Below are positions 39,520 to 51,528 of a stretch of DNA of 64,000 nucleotides, piece after piece. The position numbers were made by a program, and so were the translations under genes. The notes beneath the pieces were generated by a model. It was not told where the DNA came from. It searched no databases and saw only the letters and a list, made by a program, of their open reading frames with translations. How positions within the stretch are numbered: position 1 is the stretch's first letter; every line of letters starts with the position of its first letter. This DNA comes from Selaginella moellendorffii (lineage: Eukaryota > Plantae > Lycopodiophyta), in assembly GCF_000143415.4 (NCBI RefSeq), contig NW_003314280.1, positions 1,173,663 through 1,237,662 of the forward strand, in the 5' to 3' direction.

Positions 39520-41380
39520 CTAGCTGATCGCTGGAGGCATGTCCATGAGCGTCACTTCCGGGCTCTTGGAGAATTCATCGTCGCTGCTCAAGCCATCCTC
39601 GCTGACAGCATCGTCGGCCCTCTCGCGGAGCCACGGCTCGAGCGCTTCGTCCATGCGGCCCCCAAAAACCGGCTTGATGTAGCCCTGGTCCAGCCACCGG
39701 AACACGGCGTGTGGGACGGAGCGAGGACCCCAGTCGTCTTCTTCGTGGGAGTACTTGAGCTCGTGGGCTTGCAAACTTGTCATCCTTGAGCTCGACGGGG
39801 GCGACGAGAGTCCCAGGAGTTTTAGCATCGGACCTGTGGAGCTCCCGAAGAGCAGGGTGGTGACGACGACGATGAACAAGGTGGTGGTCTCTATAGCGCG
39901 GTTCTTCGTTGGTATGTTCACGGCTAGAGCGTACGAGACGGCGCCACGGAGGCCGCACAGCCACATCATCGATTTCATGGGTGTTGTTATCGGCCACCGC
40001 CTGGATCACAGTAAAGTTAAGCCATGGAAGACAAGTAGTTGAGACGAGAGCTTTTACCGTCCTTTGTTTGCCAGCCATGAGAGTGGAAAGATGTTGATGG
40101 CCCTCGAGATTAGACACAGGGGGATCGCTGAGAGTATGAGTCCTGTGTCGAACTTGTGGTCGAGCAGCACAACTTGCATTCCCAAGTATCCAAACACGAA
40201 GATCTCCGCCAGGAAAGATAGAGCCTCTAGCGCATACCTCGAACCGATTTTCGATGCCTGTGACGAGTTGTAGTAGCCGTAGTGAGCGTTACAGATGCCG
40301 CAGAAGAAAAGGGACATGATGCCGGAGAGTGACAGTAGCTCGCCGACGGCGTAGGCTACGTAAGCCGAGATGAGAATGAAGGCCAGCTCGAACTTGGCGT
40401 ATTCACTCTTGGAGTCTATGAACTTCAGCACCAGTGCACACAACAGCGATACCACAAAGCCCAAAGCCGTCGAGGCAACGCTGATGACACAAAACTGCAC
40501 TGTATCACAATGAAAGAGAGCCCTGGTATCGTTGTACTTACTAGAAAAACATTGTATGCTTACCTATGGCAACACCAATGGTCGAGAAAGTGAACTTTAT
40601 ATCCAGGAAAGACTCCTGTCAACCAGTGCTTGTTAAGTAACAATGATAAAAAGAAGAAAAAGCTTACAAAAGTCCGGAAGAGAACTATCGCGCTAGCATC
40701 GTTGACAAGGCTCTCGCCTAGAACAAGGTTGTACAGCAACGTAGGAGCATGAACGTCTGGATTGAGAAGAAAAAAATGGATGTAAGCACCAATAGCAAAC
40801 TCATCGTAGTACCTTGGAATATGGACAGCGTTGCCACGGGATCAATCGCGGATATGAGAGCTCCAAACATTAGAGAGTCCAGCAATGGCGCTTCCTTACT
40901 CAAGTGCCTGATGACACCGGCCAAGTAGAGGAAGTAAGTAAGGAGGCCATAAGCAAGAGCCGAGACAACCGTTCCAGCCACTGCGAAGAGCATGATCGTC
41001 GTGAAGTTGCGAAAAAAATCCTGAGAAGAAATCCAAGCAAAGTTCTTAGCGAGCTGGAGAATGCCAAGGAAGGCATACCTTTCGTTTGAGGGAGTAGCCA
41101 GCATTGAAAATAATAATTGGAAGTAGCCAGTAGAAGAAAGCCTGGTTATCAAACGTGAGATTTCCGCCATCGAAGAAGAGCTTGGACAATCCTCCGAATA
41201 GAATGCCGAGAATCATCGCAGCGGCTGGAAGGCAAACGATTCATGAGCTCTGGGAAGAAAATTTCATTTCCACGAACCTGATTCCGTCAAGTAGATGAAC
41301 TGGTGCTTCTTCGCGAGGTACGCCACGAGCACGGCCACGATCATGAGCAGGCAGCAGAGGAGAATGTCTTCCATCGCCAT
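39520..41380 (-). CDS. Na+/H+ exchanger (CPA1/NHX family), multi-exon
   Basis: LLPIIIFNAGYS, FGALISAIDPVATLSIF, GESLVNDA, LSGIMSLFFCGI, GLRGAVSYALA. Confidence 0.9.
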
Positions 41381-41483
41381 GGCGAGCGAAGTTGCGGGGA
41401 CCTCGAGCTGGACGCATTCCCTGTTCCAATAAGCCCTAAATTATCTAAAAAGATTTTAGGGCTCCTCCCCTCTTCTTCCTCTC

Positions 41484-42490
41484 ATGTTTGCAGCCAAGGC
41501 GCTCAAGAGGTCCGGCGACGTGCTGCGCCTCCATCTCCGCGCCGCGGCGCATCGATCGTTCTCGTCGGCAGCCGCGCCTTGTTCCGATTGTAAGGTTTAC
41601 AGCGATGCGAGCCGCGCATCGCGAGAGCTTTGGCTGAAATATTCCTTTGTTGCGCCTTGGCAGCAGCAGCCGCCGCCGCTGGATCAAATGCAAGCTCGAG
41701 GACTCTTCTCGGTGTTCTACGCGAGGCACAACAACAAGGTAAAGAAGAAGAAGAAATAATTCTCGAGAGAAAAAGCTTGTAAGAATTTCTTCCTCTGGTA
41801 GGAAGATTTCCATTCGCCTGTGGACTTCTCCATCCACTCCTACCGCCGAGAGAGGGCCGCCTTCTTCTCAACCATGACTCCAAGGGAGCGTCAAAAGATC
41901 ATGCTACAGGTACTTCAGTTCATCTCTCAAGTTTCTTTTCCAATCAAAATCTCCAGAGCTTCGATCGTCCAAAGTTTGGGTTGCATCTCCCAACGAGGAG
42001 CTCGACAAGACAAGCTTCATGATCTCGTCATGGATAAGGAAGTTGTGGGTGCCGACGCTGGCCGTGTTGACAGTCATCCTGGGTTGGCAGTACCCGGTGA
42101 GCTTGGCCGTCAATCTGCTTCTCTTGGTCTGGAGCACAAAGCCAACTCCAGCGTCGATTCACATATGGCTTGAAGAGGTAGCGTCTTCCTTTTCTTCTCT
42201 TTCTCTTTTGACGTTTGATCGTTTGTTCTAGAGGCGAATGGAGGCAGCGATCCAGAAGCAAGGCCTAGACCGCTTCAAACACCAGGTAGAAAACTTGAAA
42301 GGAATACCTGAGCCTGACACTTGTGTGTGCTTGGCAGCTCAACTTCTCGCTAGTCAAGCACATCCAGGTGGAAGACCATCTCCTCTTCTGCTTGGCCCGA
42401 GTGAGCGGCCTCACGGAGTCGATCGTGCTGCTTGGCTTTCTCGGCAACTGGTGGGTCTTGCACTCGTCCACGGTTTTCTTGAAATACTGA
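41484..42490 (+). CDS. Uncharacterised membrane protein, possibly organelle-targeted, multi-exon
   Basis: Arg/Ser/Ala-rich N-terminus; hydrophobic segment followed by TKPTPASIHIWLEE; final exon VEDHLLFCLARV...LLGFLGNWW. Confidence 0.55.
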
Positions 42491-42583
42491 GCTCTGTACA
42501 TACGCAAAGAGTCACTTGTTCTGGAAGCACGGTCTCGTAAGAGTTATCTCTGCTGCTGGAATGTTAGAACATCTCTGAACGGC

Positions 42584-44305
42584 TTACTCTCGCGTTTCCA
42601 TTCTGGCAGTAACATTCTCGGCCTCGGAGACTCTCCCAGTGCTTTTAAGCATCGCAACAACAGCCTCGTGCACAGCCACATCGATCTCTACTCCACTCTC
42701 TGACGCTTCCCGGAGCAGCGTGACAGCGTCGTCGGCTCTCTCAGCCTTGCAAATCCCATCTAGTAGAGCCCCGTAACTCGCCGAGTCTGGCCGGCATTCC
42801 CTCTGTGGCATCTCCCTGAACAGCTCCAGAGCTCTTTCAACGCAGCCAATCCGGCAGAGCCCGGAGATGAGAGCGTTGTAAGTGACCGTCTGTGGCGATA
42901 CGTCTCCCCGGATCATGTCCGAGAACACCTCGTCGGCTTCCAGACCCCGGCCAGCCTTGCCAAGGCCATCGATGATCACCCAGTACGTAAGAAAGCTCGG
43001 CCTTGTGGATCCCGATAGCACCTGCTGGTAGAGCTCCATCGCTTCCCCGGCTCTCCCCTTCCTCAAAAGCCCATACAAGAGGAGCGTATACATGGTCGCC
43101 GTCGGCTTTGCTCGTTTGCCATCCTCGAGCTTCCCTCGATCTTCCACAAGCCTCGGTTTGGAATGCGATTCCACCAAGCTCCGGAACGTTCGAACATCCG
43201 GCATTCTTCCCTTGGCCACCATCTTCTCCATGAACTTCCAAGCGTCATCCAGCCGCTGTGCGCTGCACAGCCCGTCCATGATCACGCTGTACGTGACAAA
43301 ATCGGGCTCGCACTTCTCGTTTCCAGTCATCTCCTCGAAACCTTTGAGAGCCTCGTCCAGACGACCCGCCTCGCAGAACTTCCGAAGCACGTACGTGTGC
43401 GGCACCGCGTCGGGCTTGAAATGCTTCTCCTTCATCATCCTCAGGAGCTTCCACGCATCGCTCACCCGGCCACACCGGCACAGGATCTCCAGAGCAACAC
43501 CCAGGCACGGCATGTCGGGTATCTTGTCCTTGTCCACCATCTCCTGCGCGACTTTGGTGGCGTGATCCAAGCGCCCTTGCCTGCTGAGCTCGTAGATCAT
43601 GGTGCTATACGTCGACGAATCCGGCTGGCAAGTCTCTTGCATCATCTGGTAGTAAGAAAACGCATCGTCCAGCTTCCCAGATCGCAGGAGCCCGTTTAGC
43701 AGCACGCTGTAGATCGCCGTCTTGGCCTCGATGCCACCCCGTCCTTGCATCTCGTTGAAGACCTCGCAAGCCTCGTCGATCCTTCCGGCGTCGCAGAGCC
43801 CCCGGACGAGCACCGTGTACGTGAAAGCATTGGGCTTGAACATCCGGCTGAAGCGCTTGAAGATGCCATATGCGTCCATGGATCGGCCACACCGGACGAG
43901 CGTCTCCAGCAGCTGGTTGGCGGAGGTGATGTCGTGCTTGAATCCATCCTGCCTCGCGGCCCAGACGAAGAAGCTCACGGCCTGATCGGGCAGCACGAGA
44001 TGGCTCAGCACCAGGCACGCAATGCGTGTCGAGTCCCGGAGGTGTGAGACCAAGCGCTTGTCCAATCGCCCAGCCTTGACAGCGGCCACGATGGCCTCGG
44101 CATCCACCATCTCCGGCCGGATGGGATCCTTGGCCCAGTTGTACGCCGCCTTCTTCCCGCGAGCTTGGATCGCTCGATCCAGCCCTGCCACTGCGGTCTC
44201 CACGAGCTGGCTGCCGCAAAACGCTGCCAAGCAGCGAGCGCTGGAAAACCTGTATGCCTCCTCCCATCTCCATTTCCTGCCGAGAAAGAATGCCGCTACC
44301 TGCAT
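42584..44305 (-). CDS. P-class pentatricopeptide repeat protein
   Basis: Tandem 35-aa motifs (PNAFTYTVLVRGLCDAGRIDEA, PDFVTYSVIMDGLC, VTYNALISGLCRIG). Confidence 0.92.
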   Translation of the reverse strand: MQVAAFFLGRKWRWEEAYRFSSARCLAAFCGSQLVETAVAGLDRAIQARGKKAAYNWAKDPIRPEMVDAEAIVAAVKAGRLDKRLVSHLRDSTRIACLVLSHLVLPDQAVSFFVWAARQDGFKHDITSANQLLETLVRCGRSMDAYGIFKRFSRMFKPNAFTYTVLVRGLCDAGRIDEACEVFNEMQGRGGIEAKTAIYSVLLNGLLRSGKLDDAFSYYQMMQETCQPDSSTYSTMIYELSRQGRLDHATKVAQEMVDKDKIPDMPCLGVALEILCRCGRVSDAWKLLRMMKEKHFKPDAVPHTYVLRKFCEAGRLDEALKGFEEMTGNEKCEPDFVTYSVIMDGLCSAQRLDDAWKFMEKMVAKGRMPDVRTFRSLVESHSKPRLVEDRGKLEDGKRAKPTATMYTLLLYGLLRKGRAGEAMELYQQVLSGSTRPSFLTYWVIIDGLGKAGRGLEADEVFSDMIRGDVSPQTVTYNALISGLCRIGCVERALELFREMPQRECRPDSASYGALLDGICKAERADDAVTLLREASESGVEIDVAVHEAVVAMLKSTGRVSEAENVTARMETRE

Positions 44306-44364
44306 TCTCCTCTTATGTCCTCCTTGCTACCTAGCTAAAGAACCCTAAAATCCCTGAAAGTGAT

Positions 44365-44934
44365 CTACCACGATGCCTTGTAGAGCCCCATGAGCTCGTG
44401 GCGCCCGGCCATCTCCCGCAAGCAGATTCGCGACATTCTAAACTTGCGGTAGACCGATCGAGACCTGCCCGTGATGATGCACCGGTTCCTCACCCGCGTG
44501 ATGGAGCTGTTCTTGGGCAGCGCGTTGAGCTTGCTCTCGAAATATCGGCGGACCTCGAGCGGGAGATTGCGGTCGTGCGTCATCGCCTTGTACTGCATGC
44601 GCTCGTTCTCGTGCTCCGCGACGCACAGCCGGCGCTTGAAATCCCGGATCGCCTTGTTGTTCACCATGCGGCCGATGCGCTTGAGATAGACGGGGCTCCG
44701 CTGCGACAGAAAGATCGGTGGAAATTTCGCCGCATCCTTGGCTTCGACAGCAGGGGCTGGAGAATCGCTAGCTGGAGAATCACTGGCTGGAGAAGAAGCT
44801 CCTGGAGCGGCCGCTTCTCCTTCTGCGGAGAGGATGCTCGAGCTTGTGAATGGCCGCGCCGACAAGAAGGATGATCTAAGGCTGCCGCCGAGCAAGGACT
44901 GGTTCCATCGCGCGCTTCTCAGGAGGAATGCCAT
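44365..44934 (-). CDS. RPS14: Nuclear-encoded mitochondrial ribosomal protein S14 with presequence
   Basis: RDFKRR...E..R..YKA...LPKNSSITRVRNRCIITGRSRSVYRKFRMSRICLREMA...GLYKASW. N-terminal mitochondrial presequence MAFLLRSAR and SPASD repeats. Confidence 0.92.
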   Translation of the reverse strand: MAFLLRSARWNQSLLGGSLRSSFLSARPFTSSSILSAEGEAAAPGASSPASDSPASDSPAPAVEAKDAAKFPPIFLSQRSPVYLKRIGRMVNNKAIRDFKRRLCVAEHENERMQYKAMTHDRNLPLEVRRYFESKLNALPKNSSITRVRNRCIITGRSRSVYRKFRMSRICLREMAGRHELMGLYKASW

Positions 44935-44974
44935 TGTCTCTTCCCTGTCAAGAACCCTAAACCAAAGCAAATCG

Positions 44975-47900
44975 CTAGCGTCCATTCATGAATGTGTCCG
45001 TTTCATCGGACGGTACAGCTTCGGGTGTGGTGCTCTCTTCGGGGATCACCGAAAAGAGCAAGAAAAATGCGCCTGTGTAGATACTTACGTGCCAGAGACT
45101 GAAACCAAGAACACCATCAACGGATCTACAAGGAAAAGATAGCTTTTTTCTTCTTACCTGTGCCAAATCCAATAGTTCCTCGCTGTTTCTTGTTTCCAGC
45201 ATACTCCCGCGAATGCTACGATCATGACTCCGATTCCAACGTACGCCCAGACAAATCTTTGCCGGAGCTTCTTCACGAGCGCGCTCCTTTGGAGCTCCAA
45301 GCTATACAACCTGGAAAAACCATGGAAGGTTTCACACGGATTTTAGTTTCTTGATCACGGGAGCTTCTCCTTGCTCACCTTATCGACTGCAACCGAAAGG
45401 GCTGGCATCGACGCAGCCTGTTTTGCCCCCACAGCTCCCACAACAGCCCGAGCAGAAGCACCGCCGCGCCAATTCCAATCACAAGGAGTGCGCTCCTGGC
45501 ACTGAACACCAAAGCCAGTTAGTTCTTAAAGTTTGCTCAAACTTTGCGTCCTCTGGCACACCTTGTCCGATCTTTGTTCTTGGCAATGATGGCGGTGATG
45601 ACCGCCGCAGCTACATGAAGCGTTGGTTTGGTAAGGCCAAGAACTTCCGCCAGATACAAGCATGTAAAGATCACGGCCAGGAAAGAGAGCCAGAAATCCA
45701 GGAACTGCAAGGCGAAAAGTTAGGAACTGTGAGCACAGTTTTAAGCTCTTGGCTTGCCTGCAATGTGTCGTAGGACAGAGCACACCAGCCACCAGCGTCA
45801 CAAGAGTGATAGATTGCACTAGCGATGCCGCTGGTCGTGTATATGAGCCACTCGGACATAGCCTACGTGACGAGCTTTTCAGCACAAAATGAATTCCTAA
45901 AGCAGATATGTCGAGCACCTTTTGACGAAGAGCCCAGAAGCTTGGAAAAGCAGCTGCTGCATTCGAGCCGACTAGAGCAGCAATCTGCAAGGATCTCGCT
46001 GAAACACACCGTTAAGATCCAAACTTATGTAGCCAAGCAAATGTAGACAAAATAGATGACAATTACCTGAAAGACTCAAGAGTTTCTCCGAGCAATCAAT
46101 CCCACCGTGTGTCCGGTCGCAGTTGCAGAAGCTGTAGCCAGCACACAACATCCGGCTAATGCATCACAAGAAGAAGGATTCTACCTGTAAAAACTCAAGC
46201 GACTGGCTTCGTATCTTGTGGTGCAAGATCCATGGTGCGAGCAAGAATCCACGCAGCCATGTAGATGCACCCGGAACTTGAGAGCCGCTTCAACAGCTAG
46301 AGAATGTCTCACACCGATAGACCAGAATCCTTCCGCGGGGTACGTGACGTCGAAGGAGAGAGATTTGTTGTTCTTGGATGTGTGGCGAAAGTCCCAGCTT
46401 TCAAGCGTGGGATATCCTTTAAACCGAGCATAGGCCTCTATCAAACTTGCCTCGGGGAAGTGAACCTCGAAAGACAAAACTGATCCAGCTGCACCATTTG
46501 GAACTTCCAGATTCAGATATAACCACCTCAACGTAGTATTTACAGCCTGCACATTTAATAACTTCCAAGAAAACCAGCCAGACTTGGTGCTAGTCTTCGT
46601 CGCTGGTAAAAAGCTTGAATCGAAAGGTGACTCGCTCGCCCTTGAAACAACTCTCTGTGAAGAAGAACTAAGATTAGTTTTCGACCATAAGAAACAAAGC
46701 TACCTCAAGCGGGATGGATGGCGAATTGCATCCAGCTCCACCGTATCCGGCCACACAATCCTGGATTCTCCAGAGTAGAGAAAAACACGAGTTTGAACCG
46801 CCTGTAGAATTGTCACCCGTCACACCTATGTACCACGCACCTTTCATAGGCGCCTCGATAACTAGCTGAGTCTGATTGCCTGTAGAAACGTCACTAAGTT
46901 GAGGAAGAGCTTCATGTCTGGCAGCAAGCTTCATATCGGACACGGCAGCGTCAGTGTCGACCCTGATCTCCAAAGATGACACCAAGTCCGGAATTTGAAG
47001 AAGGAAAAATGTCCACTCACCCCGAGCAACACAGTTCCCCAACAGAATTCTCCACGAAGAAGTGTTACCAGAAGCTTGCGATGTTCCATTGGCAATCCTC
47101 TCCACACCCGATACAGAAAACTCGCTGGAAGAGGAAGACGAGAGAACACTCACGCTCCGGTTACAGACCTCTCCTGCAAAATTGTCTTTGCAGACCGAAA
47201 CTGCAACTTGCGCTTCAAAGTTATAAGTTGGTCCCCGTGAAATCTGTGAACAACGCAAGCAAGACATTGTAAACAAAAGAGAAAGACAAGCATTTATACG
47301 CTGACGCTTTTCTTACCATTGTAGACTGAGTCCGATGGGGACTTGGATCACTAAATGTTCCAATATATAATACTCCAGAAACTATCTGGAAACGTCAAAG
47401 AAACATTGTCAATGGAAGCGTAGACAGAGCGTAGAACATTACCTGTTCGTTCGTCATGTTGATGTGAACGGACTCTTGGAATAAAGCGCATTTCCCTGTC
47501 GTGGAAACATTACGTCTCTCCCCTGCCATCTTAATCGCTACCTCGAGGCTTTCCACTGTACCAACGATAAAAAGAGAAATCTACCAAAAGCTCGAATTGA
47601 TCGCTTCCTCACCAGGCGCCGATGGCAGTGGAAGGCCGCCGAATTGGAAACAAACAAGAGGTCCACTCCCCTTTTCTTGCAAACAGACAAGGAAAAGTGG
47701 AAACTTGGCACGAAGTTCTCGGAAAAAATGCGATTTTTTCTACCTGGGACGTCCATCTCTTCTTGGTGAGGATGATAGAGAGTACGGAGAAAGACACAGG
47801 AATCTCGGCTGCAGGAGAGAGAAAGAAAAAGATGGAGAGAAAGCATTGCAAATGATCTTCGTACCTCGAAAGTAGTCCCAGCCCGAGGGCCCGATGGTCC

Positions 47901-48090
47901 TATCGGGATAAAAGGCCGACAATGCGATGCGCGAACTGGAATTCGAATTCGAACTGGAGCTCGCAAGAACCCTAAGAACTCCCACTCGATCAGAACTTCC
48001 AGGAGCGCCAGCGCTGATCGCCTCCGCCGCGATTCCATGCATCGCCAGAATGTAGCCGCAGGCTAGCAGCATCAACAATCGCAGCGCCAT
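44975..48090 (-). CDS. TMEM8/PGAP6-like membrane protein (EGF-like + DUF3522), multi-exon
   Basis: Signal peptide MALRLLMLLA; EGF-like CSHHGSC; SNAAA, SGIASAIYHSCD, FLDFWLSF, YWIWHSLWH motifs. Confidence 0.85.
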
Positions 48091-48308
48091 GGCCTGGCGC
48101 CTCCTCTTTCTTGCCGAGTTGCCCTCTTCTTCCCACTCTCTTCTTTCTCCCAAGCGCACAAACGAGGAGGAGGTAGCTCCTTGCTCCGCCACGTGGCGCA
48201 CATCCGACGGTCCTCGGTCTACATTGGCGGCTCCATCCAATTTTGTCTAAGAGCGAGCCAATTTGGTACTGCTTAAGCTGTCTGTGAGAGAGAGCTTCTC
48301 TTCCTCCC

Positions 48309-48981
48309 ATGGATCGTTTCATTAGGGTTCTAGCATTCGCCCTGGCGGCATTCGCGATCGCCGGCTACTGCCGCGATCTTCCAGTCTCGAGCACGATCGG
48401 CAGCTTTCTCAGCACCAATGGCCTCCCCGCGGGATTGTTCCCGACAGCAGGGATCGAGGTGAGCAAAAGCGAAAATTTTCCAGAATTTCCCTCTCGCTCA
48501 ATCGCCGGCTTTGCTGTAGAAATTCGAGGTGCGCACGAATGGCACTTTCCTGGTGGAGCTGCGCGACGTGTGCCAGTCCAAGGAGCTGGACGAGGAGGGC
48601 CTGTTCTTCGATTCTCGAATCAGCGGGAGCTTTGGCCACGGCAAGATGTACGACATGTACGGGGTGTGGATTAGGAAGGGCTTCCACTGGCTGCCAGTCT
48701 CGAGCGTGGAGCTCGCCGATGGCACTCACGTAAGCTTCCAGGTCGGGATGTTCGAGCACAAGCTCCCGATCACCAGGTTCCAGGACGAGATCGTCTGTGA
48801 CAAGCGCACCACCGGGAATTTCAAGCATGAAAGCAACGACACTAGCTCCTTCTTCGAGGTAAGCAAGAGCTAGAAAGATCACAAGAGCCAGAAAAATCGA
48901 TCTTTGAGTCGCGAGTGTCTAACTTCCGCCTTGCAGGACTACGTCTATGGTGTCTTCCGGCGAGCCTTTGGTGGGATCTGA
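48309..48981 (+). CDS. DUF538 family secreted protein
   Basis: Signal peptide, GLP.GLFP, ISG...G....GV......W..V motifs. Intron ~48459-48519 and a probable second intron 48859-48936; without it the stop is at 48873. Confidence 0.78.
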
Positions 48982-51241
48982 CGACCTTGGTAGAAGCTAG
49001 CGACGAGATACAGATGTTTGCTAGAATCACATAACTTGCTCCGTGTTTTGGATCTAGATTCACCAGCTGCTCGGCAACTCGAGCGGCTCTTTCTCTCTCG
49101 CCCTGGCCCCGGCAAGCGTCGAGCAGGCACATAAGCTCCACCGCGTCAGGGACGAACGGCATGGCCTCGACGAGATCCTCGGCGTCTCGCAGGTATCCGG
49201 CGCTGGCGAGCAAGTGCACGACGCAGCAGTAGTGCTGCTTGACGGGCTCGAGGCCAAAGTCCCCGCGCATTGAGACGAAGCAGCTCAAGCCAGCGTCAAC
49301 TTTGGCTTGGTGGGAGTAAGCTATGAGAACCGGGACGAAGCAGATCTTGGTGGGCAGTGCGACCATCTTCATCCGATGGAACATCGCTACAACTTTGCAG
49401 CTGGAATCGCCACCGCTGCAGCAGTGTGAGCTGATGATCCCGCTCCATGATGAAGCTCCGTGCTCCGGCATTTGCGAGAAGATCCTCTCCGCGCCTTCCA
49501 AGTCGCCGTTTTGCGAGTGTGCTGCCATGATGCAATTCCATGAAACTGTATCGTGGAAGGCCATTCTGTGAAACAGGATCTTAGATTCTTCGAGGTGTCC
49601 ATTTGAGGCATATGCCCATACGAGGGTGGTAGCGGAGAAGAGATCCCTGTGAGGCAACGAATCAAACACCCTCTTTGTCTCGTCCAGATGCCCAAACTGG
49701 GCATAGGCCGCCAACAGCGAGTTAAACGAGCAGTCATCCCACTCGGGCATTTCATCAAACAAACACTTAGCTTCCTCAAAATGCCCATTTTGCGCATAGC
49801 CCACCAACATCGTGTTCCAAGTCACGAGATTCTTTTCCACCATATTGTCCACCATTGCAATTGCCCGACTAAGACACCCATTGTCAAAAAACGCGGCTAT
49901 GACTGCGTTTGTTGACGCTAAATCCTTGTGTGGCATGCTCTGGAAGACGTCAAACGCTTGTTTGATATGCCCGTTTCGGGCATACGAAGAAAGCATACAC
50001 GTCCACGAAATTAAATCTCGACTTGGCATCCTATCAAACGTATCCTTCGCAAAATCTACAAAACCGTACTCCCCGTACATGGAGATCATCTGCGTCCACG
50101 ACACCACGTTGGGCCACGGCATGGATTCAAACAAATATTTGGCCTGGAAGACATGCCCAATCTGGGCATAGCCGGCCAGCATGACATTCCACGTCAGCGT
50201 GTCCCAAGCCGGCATGTCGTGGAACAACCGACCAGCCCCGTCAATGTCGCCGGCGGAGACACACCCGGCCAGCATGGCATTCCACGTCGCCATGCTGGTT
50301 TCTGGCATCTCCCTGTGGATATACCTTGCGTTGCCTAGATGCCCTTTCGTGGAATATGCTGTGAGGATCGCCGTCCAGCTTACTGTGTTCCACTGTGGCA
50401 TAGCATCAAACGCGCGCTTTGCGCTTGTGACGAGCCCTGTTTTGCAATACCCACCCAGCATAGTGTTGTAAGATATCAAGTTTCTATGGGGCATGGCAGC
50501 GAAGATCTTCTCGGCCTCTTTGATCTCTCCATTCCCGGCGTACGCAGCTAGCATTGCATTCCAGGCGACCAGATCCCACTCGGGCATTCCATCGAATGTG
50601 TGCTTGGATCCGCGAGAATCTCCATCGGCAGCAAATGAGGCGATCATCGACGTCCAGGTCTCAAGATCCCGGAGTGGAGCTGCGTGAAACAACGAAACAA
50701 ATCTTTGTAGATCCTCACCGTGGGTGTATGCCGCGAACAGAGCATTCCAGGATGCCAGATCTCTCTCCGGCATCTCGTGGAAGATCTCCTCGGCCTTCGC
50801 GGCATGCCCCGCCCGGGCAAATGCCGCGACCATCGCGTTCCAGGCGATGGAATCCCTCTCGGGCATTTGCAAGAAGAGCTCCTCCGCATCCTCGATTCGC
50901 CCCCTCTCGGCAAGCGCGCACACCATGGCCGTCCACGACACAAGATTCTTGCAGGGCATCGACACAAACACGGCTTGCGCGCTGTCGAGATCCCCGTGCC
51001 GCGCGTAGGCGCGCATCATCAGCACCCACGAGAAGGCATCCTTGCAGGGCATAGCGTCGAAGATCGCTCGCGCCTCGCGCACGCTCCCGCAGCGCCCATA
51101 CATCTCGATGATCTTGTTGGGCACGAAGGTGTTAGTGGCGGCGGCCGTGGCGAGCTCCTGGAATGCGGCGTGGAGCTCCCTGGCCCTGGAGAGATCGTTG
51201 CAGCTCTGGATCAAGCCCACGCACTGAGCTCGATCGAGCAT
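48842..51241 (-). CDS. PLS-class PPR protein with E domain (PPR-A, intact); putative organellar RNA-editing factor
   Basis: Long run of 31-aa S-type motifs (MPERD..WNAM..A.A..G), HYCCVVHLLASAG.L..AE, E domain LDPKHGASYVILANI. No DYW domain. Confidence 0.9.
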   Translation of the reverse strand: MLDRAQCVGLIQSCNDLSRARELHAAFQELATAAATNTFVPNKIIEMYGRCGSVREARAIFDAMPCKDAFSWVLMMRAYARHGDLDSAQAVFVSMPCKNLVSWTAMVCALAERGRIEDAEELFLQMPERDSIAWNAMVAAFARAGHAAKAEEIFHEMPERDLASWNALFAAYTHGEDLQRFVSLFHAAPLRDLETWTSMIASFAADGDSRGSKHTFDGMPEWDLVAWNAMLAAYAGNGEIKEAEKIFAAMPHRNLISYNTMLGGYCKTGLVTSAKRAFDAMPQWNTVSWTAILTAYSTKGHLGNARYIHREMPETSMATWNAMLAGCVSAGDIDGAGRLFHDMPAWDTLTWNVMLAGYAQIGHVFQAKYLFESMPWPNVVSWTQMISMYGEYGFVDFAKDTFDRMPSRDLISWTCMLSSYARNGHIKQAFDVFQSMPHKDLASTNAVIAAFFDNGCLSRAIAMVDNMVEKNLVTWNTMLVGYAQNGHFEEAKCLFDEMPEWDDCSFNSLLAAYAQFGHLDETKRVFDSLPHRDLFSATTLVWAYASNGHLEESKILFHRMAFHDTVSWNCIMAAHSQNGDLEGAERIFSQMPEHGASSWSGIISSHCCSGGDSSCKVVAMFHRMKMVALPTKICFVPVLIAYSHQAKVDAGLSCFVSMRGDFGLEPVKQHYCCVVHLLASAGYLRDAEDLVEAMPFVPDAVELMCLLDACRGQGERERAARVAEQLVNLDPKHGASYVILANICISSLASTKVVRSHQRLAGRHHRRSPARRKLDTRDSKIDFSGSCDLSSSCLPRRRS

Positions 51242-51375
51242 AGGATAGCAAGCGTGCTCTGATCATGACAAAGAAAACCACGTCTTCCGAGGCATAGAAA
51301 GAAAGAAATCCCTTGATCCAATTCGATTCAAGGAGAATATAGTTATTTAGAGGAGAATGGGAGAACACACTCTTG

Positions 51376-51528
51376 TCATGGCCCCGTCACGGGCGGGGTC
51401 TTCGGTGAAGGCCTATACCCCTCGGCATTTCGGATAGCCACGGTAAACCGGCTCTCCACCTTCTGGATGACAATTGAGAGTAGAATCAAAATCACAACTT
51501 GAAGAGCGTATTGCCAAACCCGTTGCAT
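51376..51528 (-). CDS. Small secreted Pro-rich peptide precursor, copy 1 (50 aa)
   Basis: MQRVWQYALQVVILILLSIVIQKVES-RFTVAIRNAEGYRPSPKTPPVTGP*. TATA box about 45 nt upstream; six paralogs in the window. Confidence 0.8.
   Translation of the reverse strand: MQRVWQYALQVVILILLSIVIQKVESRFTVAIRNAEGYRPSPKTPPVTGP

Noticed and set aside
50554-51262. Antisense ORFs over PPR, NPF and GT34 genes
   Set aside because: Expected shadows of GC3-rich coding sequence.
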